Source: a candidate division WOR-3 bacterium (GTDB lineage: Bacteria; Hydrothermota; Tepidihabitantia; SM23-42; CAYGYG01). From it: a stretch of DNA of 64,000 nucleotides. The notes under the pieces were generated by a model, which searched no databases, was not told the DNA's origin, and was given only the letters and a program-made list of their open reading frames with translations. The stretch is from positions 64,001 to 128,000 of the forward strand of contig CBFGIV010000002.1 of the NCBI GenBank assembly GCA_965648915.1, written 5' to 3'. Below are positions 28,135-37,547 of the stretch, in pieces (the stretch's first letter is position 1; every line of letters starts with the position of its first letter). Position numbers and translations under genes: made by a program.

Positions 28135-29108
28135 GTCTCCTCGTAAAAACTTTTTATCAGGAAGAAAAAGAGGATCTGCGCTTAGAACTAATTGCTGGCC
28201 ATAAGGGGCTGGGAACCCGTTATATTACAGTAGTTGATGTCTATCGGCCGATGCTTGCCCTTGCGGGTTTTACTGAGTATTTCTTAAAAGAGCGTATCCT
28301 GATTATCGGTAAGACCGAGACCGCGTACCTCGCAACCCTGAAACCTGCCCAGCAAAAAAAGGCGATCAAAACCGTGACGTCATTCACCCCACCGTGTATG
28401 ATCGTGGCGGAAGGACTGGATATCCCCAGGGATTTAATTGTTGAGGCGAGTCGTCTGTCAGTTCCTCTTTTTCGGACTTCAATCTCAACCACACCTTTCA
28501 TTCACCAGCTGACAAACTATTTAAGTTTCAAACTTGCTCCGAGATGTAATATCCATGGCACACTGGTTGATATCTTCGGTATCGGTGTATTGTTTATCGG
28601 TAAGGCGGGCATCGGTAAGAGTGAACTGGCACTCGATCTGGTCGAAAGGGGACATCGCCTTGTTGCTGATGATCTGGTACTTGTAACCAAAAGGGACAAT
28701 CTCTTGATCGGAACCGGTTGCGAGAAGAGCAACAAGTTGAAACATCACATTGAAATTCGCGGGGTGGGAATCGTTGATGTCTTCAGAATTTTTGGTGCCA
28801 AGGCGGTACGTAATCAGAAGAGAATCGAGGTTGTTGTTGAACTGGTTCTCTGGGATGAAACCAAGGATATCTATGAACGGGTCGGTATCGTTGACAACTA
28901 TAAGGAGATTCTGGGGATTTCGATACCGCATATTCAGATCCCGCTTGTTCCGGGCAAGAACGTCTCGACGATCATTGAGGTGATAGCGATTAATCAGTTA
29001 CTCAAACTGCGGGGGATCAATCCGGCCAAGGAGTATGATGAAGAATTGAAGCGAGTGATGAAACGGAAAGTAGTCGAGGAAGTACGGCTGGATGAGGATC
29101 TTGAATGA
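28131..29108 (+). CDS. hprK: HPr kinase/phosphorylase
   Basis: Motifs HGTLVDIFGIGVL, GKAGIGKSE, LVADD, IEIRGVGI, IPLVPGKN. Confidence 0.96.
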   Translation: MSLLVKTFYQEEKEDLRLELIAGHKGLGTRYITVVDVYRPMLALAGFTEYFLKERILIIGKTETAYLATLKPAQQKKAIKTVTSFTPPCMIVAEGLDIPRDLIVEASRLSVPLFRTSISTTPFIHQLTNYLSFKLAPRCNIHGTLVDIFGIGVLFIGKAGIGKSELALDLVERGHRLVADDLVLVTKRDNLLIGTGCEKSNKLKHHIEIRGVGIVDVFRIFGAKAVRNQKRIEVVVELVLWDETKDIYERVGIVDNYKEILGISIPHIQIPLVPGKNVSTIIEVIAINQLLKLRGINPAKEYDEELKRVMKRKVVEEVRLDEDLE

Positions 29109-29228
29109 AAACTAAATCGTGTTGCTACCGACTTCGTTCTTGATCAACGATCTCGTTATGATTTCTATCATCAGATGTTTTGAAAAGATGGGATAGCATT
29201 TGAGGACGAAGGGTAACAGAAAAAAGAT

Positions 29229-29636
29229 ATGACTAAGGCAATAATCGTTGGTCACTATAACTTACCGAGGGCATTATCCGAGACCTTAGAATCGATTGTG
29301 GGCAAATTAGATGATGTTTTGTTCATCTCCAACACTGGCCTCTCCAGTGAGAAACTGACCCAGGAGGTCAAACGGGCGATTGATATCCTATCGCCCGAAG
29401 AGACGATTATCTTTGTTGATGTCCCTGGTGGTAGTTGTGCGATCTCCTGTTTAAATATATTGAAAACATTCAAAGGGATACCAGTTATCTGTGGGGTTAA
29501 TCTTCTGATGCTCTTAGAATTCTTCATTAACCGTGAACGATATCCCCGGGATAGATTAGTTGAGATCTTGGTTGCTAAGGGTAGAGAAAGTATCAAAAGG
29601 CTGGGCGGAAATGACCTCCAGGCCAAAAGAGGGTAA
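29229..29636 (+). CDS. PTS EIIA, mannose/fructose family
   Basis: IIVGH phospho-His position, FVDVPGGS, CGVNLLMLLE. Confidence 0.82.
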   Translation: MTKAIIVGHYNLPRALSETLESIVGKLDDVLFISNTGLSSEKLTQEVKRAIDILSPEETIIFVDVPGGSCAISCLNILKTFKGIPVICGVNLLMLLEFFINRERYPRDRLVEILVAKGRESIKRLGGNDLQAKRG

Positions 29637-31299
29637 GCCACTGGTTACAATTGGGGCGATGCTGGACCGTAGTGCCGAATATCGGCCTGACCGGATAGCC
29701 CTGAGAGCCAGGCGTGGCGATCGCTATTATGAAATGACTTACCAGGCGTTGAAAGAGAATGCACATCTTCTTGCCCTTGAGTTACGCGGACTCGGTCTCA
29801 AGAAGGGGGATCGCGTCGGACTCATCGGTGAAAACCGCCCTGAATGGGCGGTTGCCTATTTTGCAATTCAGAAGGCTAATCTGGTCGGGGTACCGCTCGA
29901 CCCGCAACTGAAAGAGAATGAAATAAGACACATCCTTAACGAAAGCGGAGCCCGGGCAGTCATTGCCGCGGGCAGTTTTGTCCATATGCTGAGTGAGATT
30001 AAAGAAGGTCTTCCTAATTTAAGGCATATCATCTCGATGGAAAATCTTGAAGCCGTTCTTAGAACCAAAGTCCCGAAGTCCTTTGAGATTAAAGAGGAAT
30101 CATCCATTGATGATCTTGCCCTTTTGATTTATACTTCAGGTACCACCGGTTCATCGAAAGGAGTAATGCTCAGCCATCGAAATATTATCAGTAATGTCGA
30201 TTCGATCTACCGATTCATCGAAGTGAATGAGTATGATAATTTTCTTTCGGTCTTGCCCCTCCATCATACATTTGAGGCAACCTGCGGCTTTCTTGTTCCC
30301 ATTTATAATAATGCGACGATCACCTATGCACCGAGTTTGAAATCGAAAGAGATTATTGAGACCATGCGGGAGACTTCGGTTACCTGTCTGTTAGGGGTCC
30401 CGCTCCTTTTTGAAAAATTTTATGATGGTATTCAGCGTAATATTAAGAAATCGCCCGTCCATAAGAGGCTATTTTTTAAGATTATGTATAGGGTCTCAAG
30501 CCGGATTCAACCTCTGGCCGGGCTTATCTTTAAGGGACTCAAGGAAAGATTAGGCATGGGTAAGATTCGTTACATAATATCGGGCGGAGCACCCCTCCCG
30601 GTGAAAATATCTTCGTTCTTCAATGGTCTTGGCATTCCGCTACTCCAGGGGTATGGCCTGACCGAGGCATCACCGGTCCTGACAGTTAATCCCCCGGATC
30701 GACCCCGGAATGCTTCGGTCGGTATTGCCATCCCGGATGTCAGGATTGCTATCGATCAGCCCAACGAGGATGGTATTGGTGAAGTGATTGCCACCGGGCC
30801 CAATATTATGCTGGGTTATTACCGGAATCAACAGGCAACTAATGAAGTACTGAGAGAGGGCTGGCTCTATACTGGTGATTTAGGTTACCTTGATAAAGAT
30901 GGTTATCTTTACATCGTCGGTCGTAAGAAGAGCGTTATCGTGACCGCCGGCGGTAAGAATGTCTACCCGGAAGAGATCGAAGAGATTCTGTTGAGGAGCC
31001 CTTATATAAAAGAGACAATTGTTCTACCCCGGTTAAATCCGAAAACAAACCAGGAAGAGGTCTACGCTATAATCCATCCTGACTATGAAAGGATCGACGA
31101 ACTGGCAACCAACGCGAAAAGAAATTTTACCGAAGCGGATATAGAACAATTGATTCGCTGTGAAATTAATAAACAGTGTGATTCAATTGCTGAATATAAG
31201 AGGGTTAGATCTTTTAAAATCCGGGAAGAAGAATTTCCCAAGACAACGACCAAGAAGATCAAACGTCATCTATTTGAAAAAGAGATTGTCCAGGTTTAG
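29611..31299 (+). CDS. Long-chain fatty acid--CoA ligase
   Basis: Motifs YTSGTTGSSKG, SGGAP, QGYGLTE, TGDLG, GRKK, GKNVYPEEIE; start taken as ATG 29611. Confidence 0.9.
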   Translation: MTSRPKEGKPLVTIGAMLDRSAEYRPDRIALRARRGDRYYEMTYQALKENAHLLALELRGLGLKKGDRVGLIGENRPEWAVAYFAIQKANLVGVPLDPQLKENEIRHILNESGARAVIAAGSFVHMLSEIKEGLPNLRHIISMENLEAVLRTKVPKSFEIKEESSIDDLALLIYTSGTTGSSKGVMLSHRNIISNVDSIYRFIEVNEYDNFLSVLPLHHTFEATCGFLVPIYNNATITYAPSLKSKEIIETMRETSVTCLLGVPLLFEKFYDGIQRNIKKSPVHKRLFFKIMYRVSSRIQPLAGLIFKGLKERLGMGKIRYIISGGAPLPVKISSFFNGLGIPLLQGYGLTEASPVLTVNPPDRPRNASVGIAIPDVRIAIDQPNEDGIGEVIATGPNIMLGYYRNQQATNEVLREGWLYTGDLGYLDKDGYLYIVGRKKSVIVTAGGKNVYPEEIEEILLRSPYIKETIVLPRLNPKTNQEEVYAIIHPDYERIDELATNAKRNFTEADIEQLIRCEINKQCDSIAEYKRVRSFKIREEEFPKTTTKKIKRHLFEKEIVQV

Positions 31300-31309
31300 C
31301 GATACATCC

Positions 31310-31337
31310 TTGACATTTTTATCCCATTAGATATAAT
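31310..31337 (+). promoter_or_regulatory. Consensus promoter, leaderless
   Basis: TTGACA-N16-TATAAT, ATG 5 nt downstream at 31343. Confidence 0.75.
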
Positions 31338-31342
31338 TGATT

Positions 31343-31672
31343 ATGACCATTGAAGGTCCCTGGCGTCGGTTGATACCCGAACAGATCAAGAATGTACCTG
31401 ACTATCCTGGTGTGTATGAACTCGCCGATATACTTCAAGAGATGATTTATATCGGTAGTGCATCGAGTTTGGTTCAGGCGATCGAGCAGGTTTATGAGCG
31501 GAGGGATCCAGATTTGAAGACCGCGGCTTTTTTCCGTTTCCAGCTCACCCAGGACTATGAAAAAGAACATAAAAGATTACTTGAAGAATTCCGAGTGCAG
31601 TTTAATCGCCTGCCGGTCTGTAATGCTAAGAAAGAATTGGATAATCCTGATACTAATTCTAAATCAAGTTGA
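31343..31672 (+). CDS. Small standalone GIY-YIG-like protein
   Basis: PDYPGVYEL...IYIGS, C-terminal LPVCN; start moved to ATG 31343 because the TTG overlaps the -10 box. Confidence 0.65.
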   Translation: MTIEGPWRRLIPEQIKNVPDYPGVYELADILQEMIYIGSASSLVQAIEQVYERRDPDLKTAAFFRFQLTQDYEKEHKRLLEEFRVQFNRLPVCNAKKELDNPDTNSKSS

Positions 31673-31720
31673 TCTCTTTTCTGCACTTGACTTAATATCC
31701 ATTTTCGAATATCTTTTTTA

Positions 31721-32380
31721 GTGCGAAATTCAGGATCGAATGAATGGTTAAAGGCAAGACTGGAGATGGTTGAGAATCAGATCATAAGGAGGGGTATAAA
31801 GGATCAGCGGGTGATAGAGGCCCTTCGGCGTGTTCCCCGACACCGGTTTGTGGCGGATGCTTTTATCGGACAGGCGTATGAAGATTACCCGTTGCCAATC
31901 GGGTCGAATCAGACGATATCGCAGCCTTATATGGTGGCAGCAATGACCGAGTATCTGGAATTAAAAGGTAAAGAGAAGGTCCTCGAGATCGGGACCGGTT
32001 CGGGGTACCAGACTGCGATCTTGGCCGAATTATCATTTAAGGTTTTTACTGTTGAGCGTGTTGCGGAGCTGGCTGATGATGCACGGAAAAGACTTGAACA
32101 ATTAGGTTATAATAATATTGTCTTCCGGGTCGGTGATGGGACAATTGGCTGGAAGGAGTTTGAGCCTTATGATCGGGTTCTTGTAACGGCGGGCGCCCCT
32201 GATATACCGCCGTCGTTGCTCGATCAACTCGATGATGAAGGAATTATGGTTATTCCCATTGGCAGTGAATATGTTCAAACCATCAACCAGATTCGTAAGC
32301 ATAAAGGTCGGGTCTTGAGAAGGGAATTGTTCGAATGTGTATTTGTACCGCTGATTGGTAAAGAGGGGTGGTCGGGATAG
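31721..32380 (+). CDS. pcm: Protein-L-isoaspartate O-methyltransferase
   Basis: Motifs VPRHRF, AYED.PLPIG, QTISQPYMV, LEIGTGSGYQ, FVPLIG. Confidence 0.97.
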   Translation: MRNSGSNEWLKARLEMVENQIIRRGIKDQRVIEALRRVPRHRFVADAFIGQAYEDYPLPIGSNQTISQPYMVAAMTEYLELKGKEKVLEIGTGSGYQTAILAELSFKVFTVERVAELADDARKRLEQLGYNNIVFRVGDGTIGWKEFEPYDRVLVTAGAPDIPPSLLDQLDDEGIMVIPIGSEYVQTINQIRKHKGRVLRRELFECVFVPLIGKEGWSG

Positions 32381-32386
32381 AAATAT

Positions 32387-32458
32387 CGGGGAGTGGCGCA
32401 GTGGAAGCGCACCTGGTTCGGGACCAGGGGGTCGCTGGTTCAAATCCAGTCTCCCCGA
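32387..32458 (+). tRNA. tRNA-Pro(CGG), CCA not encoded
   Basis: Acceptor CGGGGAG/CTCCCCG; anticodon arm CCTGG-TTCGGGA-CCAGG; T-arm GCTGG-TTCAAAT-CCAGT. Confidence 0.96.
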
Positions 32459-32476
32459 TTTAAATTATTAAAAACA

Positions 32477-32998
32477 ATGACTGCTAAGAACAAGAAGTTG
32501 CGGTTGGTAAAAAATAGGACCCGACTAAAGGTGGTTGCGGTGATCGGGGCTTCTGAGGCCGGTGAGGACATCTTGATCGAGGCTGAAGCAATTGGTGAAG
32601 GTATTGCACGGGCCGGGGCTTTTTTAATTTGTGGTGGTTTAGGCGGAGTGATGGAGGCTGCCTGTCGGGGCGCAAAGAAAGCAAATGGTTTTACAATTGG
32701 TATTCTGCCTGGAACCGATCGGAGTGATGCCAATCAGTATGTCGATTTAGCAATTGTTACCGGAATGAGTCAGGCCCGGAATATAATAATTGCAAGAAGT
32801 TGTGATGCAGCAATTGCCATTGCCGGCAGATACGGGACACTTTCTGAAATAGCCTACTGCCTCATGTTTGGTGTTCCGGTCATTGGTCTTCATACCTGGA
32901 AGATATCGTCGAGTCTGATGCCTGAACTCAAACCAATAATTTATGCCGACAGTGCCGAGGATGCCTTAGAAAAGTTGACCAGGATATTGAGGGATTAA
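32477..32998 (+). CDS. LOG/Rossmann-fold nucleotide-binding protein (TIGR00725 type)
   Basis: Motifs VAVIGAS, CGGLGGVMEAA, GILPG, ARNIII, GTLSEIAY; start moved to ATG 32477, downstream of the tRNA. Confidence 0.88.
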   Translation: MTAKNKKLRLVKNRTRLKVVAVIGASEAGEDILIEAEAIGEGIARAGAFLICGGLGGVMEAACRGAKKANGFTIGILPGTDRSDANQYVDLAIVTGMSQARNIIIARSCDAAIAIAGRYGTLSEIAYCLMFGVPVIGLHTWKISSSLMPELKPIIYADSAEDALEKLTRILRD

Positions 32999-33003
32999 AG
33001 ATA

Positions 33004-36000
33004 ATGCTCGGGCTGTCTTTTTTTCTGTTTACCTTCAGTTTTCAGCCACTCCCTGATGGTCTGGAATTAGACTTCAGGATCGATGCTACACCCGAGAACG
33101 GATTTTCTTTTCCGGGTGGGATCTATTATCATCCGGTAGGTGCGCCCAACCTGCCCGGTCAGTTCTTCTATATTGGTGTTCCTCAGGAGGGTGGGGTCCG
33201 GGTTGAGATTGTTGAAGAGGAGAGCCGGACCTATCCGGGCGAGATCAAGCCTGTAGGGAAGTTCTCTTTTGAAGAGACGAGTTTTGAGAAAGACCCGGAG
33301 ATCTACAGTCGGGCCGAATATTATCCTGATTTATTTTTCCTTGAAGGGCCGTTTCGCTGGCGGGATTTAAGGGTGGTTCGGCTCCAGGTCAATCCGATCC
33401 GTTATAATCCCGGGAAGCGATTAGTATCGGTGACGAGCCATTTAAGGTTGCGTCTGGTCTTTGAGGGGCGTCCCCGGGTGGTGAGGCGGTCTTCGACCTT
33501 TGACAATATCTATCCGGCGGTAATCTTAAACTATGAGCAGGCGAAGGACTGGAGAATACTGGACAATCCTTTGAAGATCCATCCGATCTTTGATATGCCC
33601 TTATGGTTCAAGATGGTAGTGGACAGTGATGGTCTCTACCAGATCGATTATGAACTCCTCAAGAGGTTTATCCCTGATCCTGGACAGATCGATCCCCGGA
33701 CGATAAGAGTCTATACGGCAAAATTTGATACATTAACGGGGAATGGTTCGATCTTTAATATCGATACAACTCTCTTCAATGGACTGATTGAGATTCCCAT
33801 CCTGGTCTATGGTGAGGAGGATGGCAGGTTTGATCGGGGCGACTATATTCTCTTCTATGGTTTTGGTGCGAGCCATCTCTCAATCACTAAGCCGGAGACC
33901 CTTACCTATTTCAACAACCCTTTTGATCGGAGTAATTTTTTCTGGTTGACATTCGGGGCCAAGCCGGGCAAGCGCTTCAGTCGGATTGATGGCCGGATTC
34001 AGCCGGGTGAGGTCTGCTATTTTTTGCGCCATCCGGTCCATCTTGAAGAGGAGAAGGAAAATCCAGGCCGTTCTGGACTCAACTGGGCCTGGCAGACAAT
34101 GACCATTACCGGTAGTGGCTCCTGGGCTTTTCCGATCAACCATTATGGGTCTACGGGTGAGGGCAATATAAAGGTAAAGATCATCACATTTGGACATAAG
34201 TTTGAGATAAAACTATACTACAATGATTCGCTCTTCTTTGATACCCTGTGGCTATTTGGTAATGTAAATCTAAGAAAGAAACTAAACTATATCGGAGATT
34301 CAGGAATATTAAGAATTGATCTCTTTTCATCAGGTAGCGACAGTTTCAGTGTCTTTCTGGACAACTTAGAACTGAATTACCGATCCCGGCCGATTTTACA
34401 GCGTCCCCTTTATTCTCTGGTTACCGTGCCGGGCAGTTATCAATATGCGATTGGTGGAGTCCATGCACCCCCCCTGGTCCTCGACATCACCGATCTCCGT
34501 AACCCCCGGCTCTTCTACAATCTCCAGGTTGAAGGCGAATCATTATACTTTTCGCACCGGGTGGATAGTCTTGCCCTGCTCTACATCACCGATCTCAAGA
34601 AGGTGCGCAGACCGATCCTTACTGCCGGTCGGGTGGGTAATTTAAGAAGGGAGACCGCCGGTTGTGACTATCTGATTCTGACCGCTGATGAATTTTATGA
34701 AGAGATGAAGCCATTGCTCATGTGGCGTCAGCGGGAGTATCAAGTCCGGATGGTGCGGTTGAGCGAGGTCTATAACAATTTTGGTTTTGGCAAGGAGGAG
34801 CCGGCGGCAATCAAATATTTTCTCTACTATGTCTATCGTAACTGGCAGCCGATGCCTAAATTCGTCCTCTTTGTCGGCGATGGCAGTTATGACTATAAGA
34901 ATAATTTAAAATTAGAAAAACCGAATCGGTTCTTTCCTCCTCTGGAACAGGGTATGAATCTACAGAGTCCGGATGGCAATTATTGTTACGACGATTGGTT
35001 TGTTATGTTTAACAGTACCAAACTACCGGAGATGATTGTCGGCCGATTGAATGTCCGGAATAAACAGATGGCAAGGATTGTGGTCAAGAAGATCCTTGAC
35101 TATGAGCAGAAGGTGAACCTCGGCCCCTGGGCAAAAAATATAATATTTCTGGGTGATGATGAATGGAGTCCTTATGGTCTTGAATGGGATTCAATACGGA
35201 GTTACTGGGAGCACTCAGCCAACTGTGAATCACTCCTTTTTTACATCCCCGACTCCCTGGTTGATATCACCAAAATCTATATGAATGTCTATCCGAATGA
35301 AAGCGGTAAGAAACCAAAAGCCCGCCTCGACTTTATTGCCGCAATGAATAAGGGAGCATTCTGTGGTGCCTATTATGGCCACGGCAACAATCATCAGTTA
35401 GCCCATGAAGGTGGTTTTTACGGTGAGGATGTCAATCTGGTAAAAAATGGTCCCCGCAATTTCTTCTTCTACTACGGTACCTGCAGTCCCGGCCGTTTCG
35501 ATGATACAAAATATGAATCGATCTGTGAAGAGTTTGTCTGTCGGGCCGACGGGGCCATCGGGACATACGGTGCAACCCGGGTCACCAGTCCAGGCCAGAA
35601 TGTTCCGCTCGGTAACCTCATCTTTGACAATATCTTTAACAAAAACTTTACCATGGGTGAGTGCTGTTACCATGCCAAATTGATGTCACCCGCAGATATA
35701 ACCTGCTGCCTCTTTGGCGATCCTGGAGTAAGATTAAATCGGCCAATCGGTGGTGTAAGTATCTCAGTCCAGCCTGATACTTTAAGACCTTTGAGTCAAG
35801 GACGGATAAGATGCGGTGAACCAAAATATTTTCTCCGGGCAACGATCCGGGATTCTCTAACTGGCCTGACCCATTACATCGTTCGTGATCAACAGGGGAG
35901 ATTTGTCGATTCCTTCAATTTCTCACTTGAGGGGCAGACCTTTTTCTCGGGTGTGAGCAGTCAGGAGAGCATTGGTTTTATTGTTCCGCAGTTTGCGACC

Positions 36001-36762
36001 CGGCACCAGCCGGTCCTGCGCTTCAGTATCTATAACAATTTAAGATCCGGCCGGCTCGACTCGGTGCCGCTGCGCGGTCTGGCCGTGCCCTCGGGTGACA
36101 TCGAGCCTCCCCGGGTCGAATTCTATGCTCAGGGCCGGAGGCTCAAGGATGGGGACTGGGTGGAGAAGAATCTTTCTCTGACCGGGGTGATTGAGGATGC
36201 GAGCGGGATAAATCTGATCGATCCGGCGCAGAACGAGAGGCAGGGTTTTGGTCTTTATGTGAATGGTAACAAGGCCGGGGTGATTGATCTGCGTAATTAT
36301 TTCAGTTATGATTTAGACAGTTATCAGCGGGGGCGATTTACCGTCGAATTAAACCTGCCGGACCGGACCGATACGATTACGGTCTATGTGAGTGACAACA
36401 ACTACAATCGGACCGAGGCGAAGCTCGGTCTCCGGGTTGCCCAGGACGAAGAACTTGTGGTTGAGGATTTTTTAGTCTATCCCAATCCGCTGGACGAGGG
36501 TGGTTATTTTACCTTTGTCCTTTCGGTCGATGCCCGGGTGAGGCTTGAGATCTACACGGTCAGTGGACGTTTTGTGCGCCGGCTCGATCATCTCCCGATG
36601 CGGGCTGGTTTCAACAAAGTCTGGTGGGATGGTCTGGATCAACGGGGTGACCGGCCGGCCAATGGGGTATATTTAGTGAAGATCGAGGCAATCCGGGAGC
36701 GGGGCGGAAATCGAAGATCGATCTCAAGGATCGAGAAATTTATCATCCACCACCGGCCGTAA
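33004..36762 (+). CDS. Peptidase C25 (gingipain-like, PorU-type architecture) with C-terminal FlgD-Ig/T9SS-like domain
   Basis: Signal-like N-terminus and propeptide; FVLFVGDGSYDYKN, IVGRL; catalytic YYGHG and GTC..GRFD; tail VYPNP...WDGLDQRGDRPANGVY. Confidence 0.82.
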   Translation: MLGLSFFLFTFSFQPLPDGLELDFRIDATPENGFSFPGGIYYHPVGAPNLPGQFFYIGVPQEGGVRVEIVEEESRTYPGEIKPVGKFSFEETSFEKDPEIYSRAEYYPDLFFLEGPFRWRDLRVVRLQVNPIRYNPGKRLVSVTSHLRLRLVFEGRPRVVRRSSTFDNIYPAVILNYEQAKDWRILDNPLKIHPIFDMPLWFKMVVDSDGLYQIDYELLKRFIPDPGQIDPRTIRVYTAKFDTLTGNGSIFNIDTTLFNGLIEIPILVYGEEDGRFDRGDYILFYGFGASHLSITKPETLTYFNNPFDRSNFFWLTFGAKPGKRFSRIDGRIQPGEVCYFLRHPVHLEEEKENPGRSGLNWAWQTMTITGSGSWAFPINHYGSTGEGNIKVKIITFGHKFEIKLYYNDSLFFDTLWLFGNVNLRKKLNYIGDSGILRIDLFSSGSDSFSVFLDNLELNYRSRPILQRPLYSLVTVPGSYQYAIGGVHAPPLVLDITDLRNPRLFYNLQVEGESLYFSHRVDSLALLYITDLKKVRRPILTAGRVGNLRRETAGCDYLILTADEFYEEMKPLLMWRQREYQVRMVRLSEVYNNFGFGKEEPAAIKYFLYYVYRNWQPMPKFVLFVGDGSYDYKNNLKLEKPNRFFPPLEQGMNLQSPDGNYCYDDWFVMFNSTKLPEMIVGRLNVRNKQMARIVVKKILDYEQKVNLGPWAKNIIFLGDDEWSPYGLEWDSIRSYWEHSANCESLLFYIPDSLVDITKIYMNVYPNESGKKPKARLDFIAAMNKGAFCGAYYGHGNNHQLAHEGGFYGEDVNLVKNGPRNFFFYYGTCSPGRFDDTKYESICEEFVCRADGAIGTYGATRVTSPGQNVPLGNLIFDNIFNKNFTMGECCYHAKLMSPADITCCLFGDPGVRLNRPIGGVSISVQPDTLRPLSQGRIRCGEPKYFLRATIRDSLTGLTHYIVRDQQGRFVDSFNFSLEGQTFFSGVSSQESIGFIVPQFATRHQPVLRFSIYNNLRSGRLDSVPLRGLAVPSGDIEPPRVEFYAQGRRLKDGDWVEKNLSLTGVIEDASGINLIDPAQNERQGFGLYVNGNKAGVIDLRNYFSYDLDSYQRGRFTVELNLPDRTDTITVYVSDNNYNRTEAKLGLRVAQDEELVVEDFLVYPNPLDEGGYFTFVLSVDARVRLEIYTVSGRFVRRLDHLPMRAGFNKVWWDGLDQRGDRPANGVYLVKIEAIRERGGNRRSISRIEKFIIHHRP

Positions 36763-36765
36763 AAT

Positions 36766-36799
36766 ACTTTACACTTTTGATCAGGTAAGAAATGTAAAG
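36766..36799. repeat. 34-bp imperfect palindromic repeat, copy 1
   Basis: ACTTTACACTTTTGATCAGGTAAGAAATGTAAAG; 30/34 identical to 40686-40719. Confidence 0.85.
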
Positions 36800-36869
36800 T
36801 GTGGCTATTCTTTGAGATACAGTGTTTTCCCTCTTGATTTCTTTTAAAAAATATATAGATTAGTTTAAA

Positions 36870-37547
36870 ATGAAACCATATGTAACCAGCAGAAATCTTG
36901 CTCTTAAAACGAAGGAGTGGCTTAAGATAATTGCGCCTTATAACAAACACCGGATGAAACTTAACATCCAGAAAGCGGCGCTACTGGTAATCGATATGCA
37001 GAATGATTTTCTCAAACCAAATTCATTACTTTTGACCGAGGGTGGAGTTGCGATCCTGAATAACTTAAAAAAACTAATCAGTAGCTGCCGTAAACAGAAG
37101 ATTCCGGTCATATTTACCGCCCATGTCCATAAAGATCCGAAGATCGATGGCGGTATGACGGCAAAATGGTGGCCGGAGCTGATGAAAAAGCGGGCACTGG
37201 TTTATGGCAGGAAAGGTGTGGAGATTTATGAAGCACTCGCTCCCCGACCGACTGAACCGGTAATTTATAAACATCGTTATAGCGCATTTTATAACACCAA
37301 TCTGGAAGTGATTCTTCGTGGGCTGAGAGTCGAAGATGTCATTATCACAGGTGTGATGACCAATATCTGTTGTGAATCTACAGCCCGGGACGCATTCTTT
37401 CGGGATTTCAGGATTTTTTTTGTTGCCGACGCCACTGGTTCGGTAACTGAGGATCTGCATCTCGGAGCCTTGCGTAATCTTGCCTATGCCTTTGCTTATA
37501 TAACGACCACCGGTGAGGTTTTAAGAGATTTAAGGCAGCGCAGATAA
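36870..37547 (+). CDS. Isochorismatase-family cysteine hydrolase
   Basis: LLVIDMQNDF, KHRYSAF, GVMTNICCESTARDAF (D-K-C triad). Confidence 0.92.
   Translation: MKPYVTSRNLALKTKEWLKIIAPYNKHRMKLNIQKAALLVIDMQNDFLKPNSLLLTEGGVAILNNLKKLISSCRKQKIPVIFTAHVHKDPKIDGGMTAKWWPELMKKRALVYGRKGVEIYEALAPRPTEPVIYKHRYSAFYNTNLEVILRGLRVEDVIITGVMTNICCESTARDAFFRDFRIFFVADATGSVTEDLHLGALRNLAYAFAYITTTGEVLRDLRQRR

Noticed and set aside
29105..29228. Small Cys-Cys ORF (MKTKSCCYRLRS) or rapZ remnant after hprK
   Set aside because: Only 12 codons, a second in-frame stop follows shortly, no SECIS-like hairpin and no RapZ motif.
32393..32476. N-terminal extension of the LOG-family ORF, and the antisense ORF 32102-32443
   Set aside because: Both overlap tRNA-Pro; the real start is ATG 32477.
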